64,000 nucleotides of DNA from Eledone cirrhosa (taxonomy: Eukaryota). The notes below the pieces were generated by a model. The model did no database searches. It saw only the letters and a list, made by a program, of their open reading frames with translations, and was not told the DNA's origin. This document shows positions 12,713-21,349 of this stretch, piece after piece. The number at the start of each line of letters is the position of its first letter. The stretch's first letter is position 1. The stretch covers positions 51,894,001-51,958,000 of the forward strand of contig OZ024744.1 of the NCBI GenBank assembly GCA_964016885.1. The letters run 5' to 3'. A program made the position numbers and the translations under genes.

Positions 12713-13875
12713 TAATTCTATCGTGCAATGCCTGTGCGTGAAGATTTTTTTAATGTGAGGAAAGACTGTGCACTGAGCCAATCCCACTCTCTGAGCGACA
12801 GTAGCTATAACCCGAAAAGAAAAGATCAACATCATCAGTAACTGCTGAGCCGCAGGTTTTATATCGGAGTTATCCCAGTTTCCTGAGTTGCCTTCATCTA
12901 GAAGAAAGCCCTGACAAAGGCTCCCAGTGGTTAAACAGCGCGATCGCTTGTCCAGCCCGACTATTTATAACATACATACATACATACATACATACATACA
13001 TACATACATACATACATACATACATACACACATATATATACGTATATTTTATATATATGAATTGTAATGACACTAGTGCCAAGCTGTATCAACCATTGTC
13101 TTTTCCTTGGACAACATCTGTGGTGTGAAGAGGGGAGACTGGCATGCTTGGCTGACTGTTGGTCTTCAGCAATAAAAAAACATTGCTCAAGGTTTGCGCT
13201 TTAGGGTGGAACGTTTCAGGTGTAAACCCATGGGTAACAAGTGACAGAGAGGAATAAATTAGAATCGGAACTGTTGAGTAAATAAGAAAATGGCTGAGAA
13301 TGACTGTCTATAATTTCTTCAAAATAGTTTGTTACGTTGTCAGAATTAAAGTATGGAAACCTGAAGGAACGAGATATATTAGAGAGATCCGTGTGGAGAT
13401 TCGTTGAGGAGTGACAAGGCAATCTCTCCATCACTCCATCAACCCCGTCCTCACAACATCACCGCCGCCACCACAAACTTCTATCCAGCTCCACCACTAC
13501 TCCACTATATCCACATCCACTACTAAAACTTCAATCACCTCCACCGAAACTATATATTTATTATAGATCTGTTTAGTGTCATTGCCACTATTGTTAAGTA
13601 TCGCTTCTGTAGAAGAATTCTCTTGAACAGTTGGAAATAGGAATTTTTATTCATTTATTTATCATGTTATTATTTTTATAACCAAAAATGAGAAGGAAAA
13701 AAAGAATGAAGAATATTTGGTAATCTTTCACACTTTTCTAAATATATATCAGCATGACAAAACGAAATGAAAAATCAACAAAAAACAAGGCATAAAAAAT
13801 AAAAAAATAAAAACATAAATCAAGATATATGTTTTCACCTACTTCCCCCCAAACCAATCCCACCCATCAACAACA

Positions 13876-13920
<45 letters not shown>

Positions 13921-13921
<1 letters not shown>

Positions 13922-14055
13922 CTTTCTTTATTAACCACAAGGGTTTACACAAAGTAGACATTAAGGACAGTACAGGACAATACAGGACGGTACAAAAGGG
14001 CATTTCTGCGTGTAAAAAAAAAAAAAACAGAGTATGTAATAATAGAACAATGAAA
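13921..14055 (-). mobile_element. 5'-truncated sister copy of the Tx1 3'UTR with its own (ATT)n tail
   Basis: Aligns to 14089-14225 with about 5 substitutions in the first ~95 nt; tail at 13878-13920. Confidence 0.9.
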
Positions 14056-14350
14056 AAAAAAAAAAATAATAATAATAATAATAATAATGATTTCTTTATT
14101 AACCACAAGGGTTTACATAAAGTAGACATTAAGGACAGTGCAGGACAATGCAGGACGGTACAAATGGGCATTTCTGCGTGTAAAAAAACAAAAACAGAGG
14201 ATGTAACAAAAATAACAATGAAAATAACAATGAAAAATTCCCCAATAGGGGGGAGACTTCGGAGGGACATTTGTGGAGAAAGCCCAGTAAAAAGCCACAA
14301 TGACCCTGACCACCAAGGCAAGTGCCCTCTCCCAGTTTTCCACCTTTAGT

Positions 14351-17300
14351 TTACAGATATATACTCAGAGTCGGCCCATTCACTCGGGCCATTCTTGCTT
14401 CTCTCACCCATCTTTCAACAAAATGCTGGGAAGAGAGCACTTCCTTCTCTACTCTGATTTTCCTTTTCAAATGAAATTTGAAAAAGTCAATCAGAGCATC
14501 ACCGAAGAGGTAAGTGCTCGTCTTCAGCCCTTTCAAACGTGTCCACCATACTATCTCTTTCGCCATGGCCACCAGACAGATAAAAACTGCCTGCCCTTCC
14601 CGGCTAAAGGAGGAGGGCGGGGCAATCCTCACGATAGACTCAGATGATAGCTGGATCCGTCCTAAACGCGACAGCAGGTGTTCGACATAAACCCACAAGT
14701 CAGCAATTTTCGGACACTGGACGAGTGCGTGCAGGACGGTTTCGTCGCCCTGCGCGCATCTCGGACACGCCCGGCTGACGGCACCTCCATGCCTGTAGAG
14801 TTTATCCCGAACTGGCAAGGCTCCTCGGTAGCACTGCCAGGCCAGAGATTTCTGGAAGTTGTCCATAGGCCCCGGCCCGAAAGTTCTTCCGAAGAGATTG
14901 GCTAGTTGATTTTCGTCGACGCCTAGAGTTTCCCCAAGTACGTCGTCGCTCTTCCCCTCCACTAATCCTCTATAGAACGCCGAGGTGGAGTTTCCACCGA
15001 TCACATTGCCCGATTGGTCGAGGGCTGTGAGCGCCTGAAGACATTCCAGTCTCCAGGCGCTCCCTCTCGGTCTTCGCTTGACCCAGGACTGCAGCTCCGT
15101 CAAGAAAACGAGCTGGGGAAAAACGCGTCTAGCAAACGGCGACCACACCTGATCACCGTCGAGGAAGAGGTGGAGATGTCGTAGCCTGAGCGCGTGCCTG
15201 CGCATCATCAGCCACGGCATGCCCAGCCCTCCACGTAGCGGGTGTTGACAACAGATGGACCGCCTGACCATCGGAGCACGTCCATTCCACAAAAAGCGAA
15301 AGAGCAAACGCTCCAGCGCAGTCAGGCGAGGCTTAGGACAAGGTACGACGGTTAGGCGGTAGCAGATGACAGACGCGATGTACGCGTTAGCCACCTCCGC
15401 TCGACCTTTCAGGGATAGCTTCCTCTCCGCCCATTTCTGGGTGAGAGAAGCCACCCTGCTCGTCACCTCGTCCCAGTTTTTGTCCGTCTGGAGGTCCGGA
15501 CCGAACCAGACCCCTAGCAATTTAACCGGTCCGTCCGTCCAGCGCCCGACGACGCTGTTGGACGGCATGGACCTGCCTCTCCAGGTGCCGAGCTGCAGGC
15601 CCACTGACTTTTCCTGGTTGATCATTGCTCCTGTCACCGCTTCGTATTCTCTTAGTGTAGTGCCGATCGCCTCGATGTGTTTGGCGTTCGACACCACTAC
15701 GGTGACATCGTCCGCATATGCTGACACGGATATTCCGCATCCTAGTTCGCGCGGGACTCCCCTCAACGTCTCCAGTTTGTGCAGTAATGGCTCGAGAGTC
15801 AATACGTACAAGAGGGACGAGAGGGGACATCCTTGGCGGACCGAGCGCATGATGTTGAACGGTTCCGACAGGTGACCGTTCACTCTCACCACAGAGCAGA
15901 TGTCGCTGTGCATGGCAGCGATCCAGCCTCTGAAGACGGGCCCAAAGCCAGCCGCCCTCAGGACTGCCGCTAGGTAACGATGGTCGACCCTATCGAAAGC
16001 TTTCGACTGATCTAAATTGATCAAGGACCCACCCGTGCCAGGTTCCCTAGCTACCCTCTCTACGATGTATCGCATGAGGTGGAGGTTGTCGTGGATGGAT
16101 CTGTCGGGAATGGCGCATGTCTGCGCCTCTCCCACCAGACCACCAACGACAAGCGCCAACCTCTTTGCTAGCACCTTGGCCAAAATCTTAAACTCTGTGT
16201 TTAGCAGAGTTATGGGCCGGAAATTGTCTATGTTATCCCCCTTGTTCGGATCCTTTCTCAGCAGTGCCACCGCTCCTCGGCTCACAGAACTGGGAATTCT
16301 CCCGTTCTGTTGCCAGTTGCAGTAGACGTCCGCCAAGAGGCCTCCGAACAAGTCTGGCATCTGTACGTAAAGTTCATAGGGCAGACCATCCAAACCAGGC
16401 GATTTACCCCTTGTGCAGCCAGTCATTGCCTCCCGTACTTCAGCGGCTGTTATCGGCTTTTCGCAACACCTCGCCTCAGTGGCCGAGAGCCGCGGCAGTC
16501 CGTCGAGGTAGACACTAAAGTCCATCCCTCTACCCGGCCCCCCGCTGCCCCCGAACAGCTGAGCGAAGTGTCGCTGAAAAGCTTCACACATTTGCCCGGG
16601 ATCGAGTAGCATGCGCCCGTCGTGGTCCACCAAAGACCGGATCGTGGCTTTGTTGCCACGACGCGCCTCCGCCACTCGGGCCCATTGAACGGCTTTCGTC
16701 CCCTCGTGTCTGAGAGCACGCACCCTAGCTCTGACAACGCAGCCTTCGTGCTTTGCATTGAAGAATTGGTCAAGGGCCAATTTCGCCGCAAGCACGTCGG
16801 TCGCAATGCCTTTGCTAAGCGCCTCGTCTAATTTTCTAACTAGTTCTCCCTCTGCTCTATTTTTCTCTATTGCTAAAGCCTTACTAAACCTAATCGATTC
16901 TATTCTAATCGCTCTTTTTAGAGCAAACCACCACTTGTTGTTGACGATGGCCCCCGTCAACGCCCGCTTAACTAGTTCGCTAATCCGGTCTCTGTAGGCC
17001 TTGCGCGCTGGTAAGGACGCGTTTAGCTTCCAGTAGCCGGGTCCTCGTCTATGAAGCCTATCTAAGTCAAGCACACAGGTCACGAATTTGTGGTCCGTGT
17101 AGCTGACTATCTTGAATTGTGGACAGCCTATGCTAGACCTATCTATTTCCCTACAAAATACTCTATCTAGATATGATCTGGATGACCCTATGCGGTTTGT
17201 CCAAGTCCACATTGGCACATTCGGGAAATCCAATCGGTACCTGTCAGACAGTTCAAAACGCCTGAGCAGGTTGGTGAGGCTCTTGCACCCTCCACCCCTA

Positions 17301-17770
17301 TCCGCTAATCCCACACAGTCCCAGCGTGCATCTAAGATCCCGTTCCAGTCGCCCACTAACACTAAAGAGCGGGACGTTCCAAGAAAGGTCTCCAGACGCC
17401 GGAAGAAATCAGGCCGCCCTGCTCCTGTCGGGGCATAGACGGCCACTAGCCTGAAAGCTTGCCCGTCTCCGCTGGTCACGTCCAGCACCACCAGCTTACC
17501 CTCTGGGTCCAGGAAGATGGCCCGTATGGCGAGATCCAAACCTCTCCGAAAAAGCACAGCAACTCCTCCACCCGATCCAGGACGGCTGGGAGATGCGTAC
17601 ACATCGTAGCCGCCGAAGATCGGTGCGAAGGCCCGTGCTTCGGAGATTCTGGTCTCGCTGATGGCCACTACATCTATGTTTAGTGACCTGAGGTCGTTGA
17701 GCAGGTGACCCTGCTTCCATGACGACCCCAAGCCACGCGCATTTATGCTGCCTATTCTGAGTGAGGTCAT
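14351..17770 (-). CDS. Tx1-like ORF2: APE endonuclease + reverse transcriptase + C-terminal zinc motif, 1139 aa
   Basis: EN motifs SINARGL, ISETR, VYAP, VGDWN, YLDRVF, TDH; RT motifs KSPGLDGLP, NFRPITLLN, LDQSKAFDRVDH, VRQGCPLS, YADD; CPRC...ETVLHALVQC; no stops or frameshifts. Confidence 0.97.
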   Translation of the reverse strand: MTSLRIGSINARGLGSSWKQGHLLNDLRSLNIDVVAISETRISEARAFAPIFGGYDVYASPSRPGSGGGVAVLFRRGLDLAIRAIFLDPEGKLVVLDVTSGDGQAFRLVAVYAPTGAGRPDFFRRLETFLGTSRSLVLVGDWNGILDARWDCVGLADRGGGCKSLTNLLRRFELSDRYRLDFPNVPMWTWTNRIGSSRSYLDRVFCREIDRSSIGCPQFKIVSYTDHKFVTCVLDLDRLHRRGPGYWKLNASLPARKAYRDRISELVKRALTGAIVNNKWWFALKRAIRIESIRFSKALAIEKNRAEGELVRKLDEALSKGIATDVLAAKLALDQFFNAKHEGCVVRARVRALRHEGTKAVQWARVAEARRGNKATIRSLVDHDGRMLLDPGQMCEAFQRHFAQLFGGSGGPGRGMDFSVYLDGLPRLSATEARCCEKPITAAEVREAMTGCTRGKSPGLDGLPYELYVQMPDLFGGLLADVYCNWQQNGRIPSSVSRGAVALLRKDPNKGDNIDNFRPITLLNTEFKILAKVLAKRLALVVGGLVGEAQTCAIPDRSIHDNLHLMRYIVERVAREPGTGGSLINLDQSKAFDRVDHRYLAAVLRAAGFGPVFRGWIAAMHSDICSVVRVNGHLSEPFNIMRSVRQGCPLSSLLYVLTLEPLLHKLETLRGVPRELGCGISVSAYADDVTVVVSNAKHIEAIGTTLREYEAVTGAMINQEKSVGLQLGTWRGRSMPSNSVVGRWTDGPVKLLGVWFGPDLQTDKNWDEVTSRVASLTQKWAERKLSLKGRAEVANAYIASVICYRLTVVPCPKPRLTALERLLFRFLWNGRAPMVRRSICCQHPLRGGLGMPWLMMRRHALRLRHLHLFLDGDQVWSPFARRVFPQLVFLTELQSWVKRRPRGSAWRLECLQALTALDQSGNVIGGNSTSAFYRGLVEGKSDDVLGETLGVDENQLANLFGRTFGPGPMDNFQKSLAWQCYRGALPVRDKLYRHGGAVSRACPRCAQGDETVLHALVQCPKIADLWVYVEHLLSRLGRIQLSSESIVRIAPPSSFSREGQAVFICLVAMAKEIVWWTRLKGLKTSTYLFGDALIDFFKFHLKRKIRVEKEVLSSQHFVERWVREARMARVNGPTLSIYL

Positions 17771-17805
17771 GTTTAAAATAGAGTGGAAAAGATGGGAAAG
17801 ACCAC

Positions 17806-19887
17806 TTACCGTACTTTTGGTAGAGGAGGGATGGTTTTTACATCCCTTTTCACTTGATCGTCTGGTGAATCGTCCCTTCTGCTGGTCGTCGGCTCTTCTA
17901 AGAGAATGTCTGAATATACTCTTCGATTAATGGTTCCTCCTAGGTCCCTGAAATCACCAACTGCGTTGGGGAATTTCGTTTTAATGTTTGTGTATTGTTT
18001 CTGTGCTATTTTTAGCAGTCTTATGTTAGTTGGCGTTTTGATTGGTGCTGGTATTATGTAGTCCTGTTGTGAAATGTCTGTGTGTTCAATTATGTAAGTC
18101 ATTAGTTTCTTGTTGTGTGTGTTTATTGCCGTGCATTTGTTTTTCTGGGGGTGGGGTGTGGTTCTGCTATTTTCTTGTCGTTGTTGCTGGGTGTGTGTGT
18201 TTTGTTGTTGTGTTTGCGATGTTGGTGCTTGTGGTGGTGGTGTTGAAGGTGTTGTTGGCGGTGGGGTTGTCGCCGGTGGTGATGGTGGTGCTGGTGTGGG
18301 TGGTGATGGTGTTGGTGGTGTTGCTGCTGTGGGTCTCTTTGCAGTAGACTTTACCCTTTTCTCATTTCTTTCCTCCCTTTTCAAAGGCGACGATGCGCTG
18401 CTTCTGCGTTTGTGCCTTCTTGCGACCTTTTGCCATCCCTCTCCCACCTCACACTCCATGTCTGATTCTGTAAGGTCGGGGAGGGGTACCAGCTCCACTC
18501 TTTCACTTGTTGTTGTTGGTGATGTTTGCACTGGAGTCTCTGTTGCAGCTGCATTTGGTATTGCTGTTGTTGTTGTTAATATTTCCACTGCTGCTGCTGT
18601 CTTTGATTTCCGTGGAGTGGGTATGGGTGCCACGGACCTATCGTTCCTGGTTGCCGCTTGTCCTGTTGCTGGTAGCCGTGGAGCCGGATTCGGAAGGAGG
18701 GGGGTTTTCTCCTTTCTCAGGGTCTTCTCGTTGCAGAAGGCCCTGAGGTGAGTCTTCGATCCACAGCGAAAGCATTTCGGGCGTTTGCCCTCAACACTTA
18801 TGGGCAGTTGAGTGCCGTTATCGAAGTCTATCACATCCGGGATAGCTTCGATGCACTCCTGGTTGGTTTGGATTAGCATCTCAATGGAGGAGCCGACCCA
18901 ATCTTCTCTTACTTTTTTCTGTACTTGCAGTACAGTTGTTTTGTCCTCGATTCCGACGAGGACAGACGCGGCCAGCCAAGAAGGGGTCATTCCGGGGGGG
19001 ACGTGGGTCAGTTTGACCCTCACAATTTTTTGCCCGCAGTAGGAGGGCACCAACACCATTTCCTCGCTCCTTAGGGTCACTACTGATTGGGCCTTTGCCT
19101 CCTGGGGTGTGGCAAAAAGTACGTCTACGGTGGCGTATTTTTTGCCTCGGGTGATGTGCGTTTTCCTCTGCCACACAGACCCCAAGGCTTTTTGTATTTG
19201 GGCCTCTGTGGCTCTTTCCACCCTACGGGATTTTGTACTTACTGTACGGTACGTGACCGTACAGTGCTCTTGGGTTTCGAAAAAATTTTTCGCTGCCTTG
19301 CAGATTGCTCGGTGTCCGTTCTTTGTCACCATCTTCTTCGCTTCCTCTAATTCCTCATTTGTTATGAGGATTGTTTCCAAGTTTTTCGCAATACCTGCAA
19401 ATGAGATTGGTTTTTCTCTGCTGTTGTTGTTGTCGTCAGAGCTGCTGGTACTTTTGTTGCTGCAGGTACTACGACTACTGCCTCCGCCGCTGTTGCTGTG
19501 GTTGTTGTTGGTGTTGCTGCTGCTAATGCTGTTGTTGTTTATGCTGTTGGTGATGCTGTTGCGGCTGCTACTGTTGTTTTCATTGTCACTGTTGCTGTTG
19601 TTATTACGGCTGCTACTGCTATTATTCCTGACGTCAGACGAATGAACTGGGTTTTCGTATTTCCCGCACACCTGTTTCGTCGCTGTCGTCGTCGTCGTGG
19701 AGAAACCTTGCACGCTTTGCACGAGACTTTTCTTTTCTTTCGTCGCTTGCGAAAGAGAAGGGAGGGAGAGAGACACATTTAAAGAAGGGAGGGAGAGAGA
19801 CAATCTTCTCTCTGCTGTAGTGATGATTGAGGAAGAAGAAGACGGAATGAGTGGGAGTGACGTATGAAATTTCTTTTTCGTAGCCAT
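17806..19887 (-). CDS. Tx1-like ORF1 (gag-like nucleic-acid-binding protein), ~693 aa from first ATG
   Basis: CCHC zinc knuckle CFRCGSKTHLRAFC; Ser/Asn- and Pro/Thr-rich low-complexity linkers; basic patch RRHKRR; directly upstream of ORF2. The track start at 19923 is a TTG; first ATG (MATKK) is at 19887. Confidence 0.9.
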   Translation of the reverse strand: MATKKKFHTSLPLIPSSSSSIITTAERRLSLSLPSLNVSLSLPSLSQATKEKKSLVQSVQGFSTTTTTATKQVCGKYENPVHSSDVRNNSSSSRNNNSNSDNENNSSSRNSITNSINNNSISSSNTNNNHSNSGGGSSRSTCSNKSTSSSDDNNNSREKPISFAGIAKNLETILITNEELEEAKKMVTKNGHRAICKAAKNFFETQEHCTVTYRTVSTKSRRVERATEAQIQKALGSVWQRKTHITRGKKYATVDVLFATPQEAKAQSVVTLRSEEMVLVPSYCGQKIVRVKLTHVPPGMTPSWLAASVLVGIEDKTTVLQVQKKVREDWVGSSIEMLIQTNQECIEAIPDVIDFDNGTQLPISVEGKRPKCFRCGSKTHLRAFCNEKTLRKEKTPLLPNPAPRLPATGQAATRNDRSVAPIPTPRKSKTAAAVEILTTTTAIPNAAATETPVQTSPTTTSERVELVPLPDLTESDMECEVGEGWQKVARRHKRRSSASSPLKREERNEKRVKSTAKRPTAATPPTPSPPTPAPPSPPATTPPPTTPSTPPPQAPTSQTQQQNTHTQQQRQENSRTTPHPQKNKCTAINTHNKKLMTYIIEHTDISQQDYIIPAPIKTPTNIRLLKIAQKQYTNIKTKFPNAVGDFRDLGGTINRRVYSDILLEEPTTSRRDDSPDDQVKRDVKTIPPLPKVR

Positions 19888-20136
19888 GTTGTTTTTTTGT
19901 TTAAAATGAAATTTTGGGTACAAAACCCCAATAACTGGTTATTTAACCCCGAAGGGCCAAATAACGGACAGAAAGACCCCTCTCACGAGGAGGAGGGTGT
20001 CTTTATCAACAATTTGGTTCAAGTTTTAAACAATTTACAATTGTTTTAACGGTTAAAAATTACTATACCTTACAGAGCCGAGCCTCCGTCAACCATGGCA
20101 TTCAATAATAATAATAATAATAATGATGATGATGAT

Positions 20137-20181
20137 GATTTCTTTATTTGATTTCTTTATTGGCCACAAGGGCTGACATCA
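20137..20181 (-). mobile_element. ~45-nt 3'-terminal fragment of the second Tx1 subfamily
   Basis: Minus strand GATGTCAGCCCTTGTGGCCAATAAAGAAATC matches the 3' end at 21350-21384; followed by (ATC)n(ATT)n. Confidence 0.8.
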
Positions 20182-20533
20182 TAGTGGTAATAATAATTGT
20201 TTCTACTTTTGGCACAAGGCCAGCAATTACCCAGTGCATTACTGGTACTTTATTTTATCGACCCCGTAAGGATGAAAGGCAAAGTTAACCTCGGCGTAGT
20301 GGTAATAATAATAATAATTGTTTCTACTTTAGGCACAAGGCCAGCAATTACCCCAGTGCATTACTGGTACTTTATTTTATCGACCCCGTAAGGATGAAAG
20401 GCAAAGTTAACCTCGGCGTAGTGGTAATAATAATAATAATTGTTTCTACTTTAGGCACAAGGCCAGCAATTACCCCAGTGCATTACTGGTACTTTATTTT
20501 ATCGACCCCCGTAAGGATGAAAGGCAAAGTTAA
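20182..20533 (-). mobile_element. Three head-to-tail 5'-truncated SINE-A copies
   Basis: Units start at 20182, 20297 and 20419; each includes TAGTGG(TAA)n and the SINE 3' half. Confidence 0.9.
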
Positions 20534-20830
20534 TAGTAAAGTGGCGTTGAGGCTTTAGTAAAAACAACAAAAACACAATAAACAAAACGAAAAAAGAAGT
20601 ATAAATCTATGAGGAGAAAAGAAAAGAGAAGAGGATAAAATGGTAAACGGAAGAACAAAATAAACAAACGGTTCGTTTTTTGGAATGGTTTGGAATAGGT
20701 AGCGGAGGACTTGGGGTGAGGGTTAGGGTGTGGTGTGGTGGGGTGGAAAATAAACATTCGATGTAGAAGCTTGGCTCTTGGCTGAAATTATTTTTTAAGA
20801 AGCCAGAGAAAAAAAACAACTCCATAAGAC

Positions 20831-20880
<50 letters not shown>

Positions 20881-21140
20881 ATTACCCCTCCCCCCCCCCA
20901 TATATATATGTATACTTCACTATCTATCTATCCTCTCTCTCTACATATACACATACAGATACACACACATATATATGATATATCGCATGTGAGGAGTGAG
21001 AAATGGTCGTTTTTTTTTCGGGGGGGGAGGGGGTTAGAGTTTTCGGAGTTGTCACAAATAGTCGATACGATAGATGTAAAAAGCGTTAGTAGTCACTACT
21101 ACCACTACTACTACTACTACTACTACTGATGGTGATAATA

Positions 21141-21331
21141 ATTGTTTCTACTTTTGACACAAGGCCAGCAATTGTCCTATTGTATTACTGGTACTTTATT
21201 TTATCGACCCCGTAAGGATGAAAGGCAAAGTTATCCTCGGCGCGATTTGAACTCAGATCACAAAGGGCTGTAACTCTTTGCCGCAAAGCATGGCGTCCGA
21301 CCCTCTACCGATACAGCCAATCTACCGCCCT
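21141..21331 (-). mobile_element. SINE-A, full length
   Basis: Reverse complement of 12508-12712; probable TSD ATG(G/A)TGATAATAA. Confidence 0.9.
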
Positions 21332-21349
21332 TACATGATGATAATAACA

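Larger units (their letters stand above)
14089..20103 (-). mobile_element. Full-length, apparently intact Tx1-like (L1 clade) non-LTR retrotransposon
   Basis: Two uninterrupted ORFs, ~215-nt 5'UTR, ~260-nt 3'UTR ending AATAAAGAAATC plus (ATT)n tail; (AAT)n runs on both flanks (14065-14088 and 20104-20124). Confidence 0.95.

Noticed and set aside
13921-14225. LTR or target-site duplication of the Tx1
   Set aside because: Both copies are at the 3' end and differ by several substitutions; better explained as an independent truncated sibling.
14678-17720. Antisense and alternate-frame ORFs within Tx1 ORF2
   Set aside because: Expected shadow ORFs in GC-rich coding sequence.
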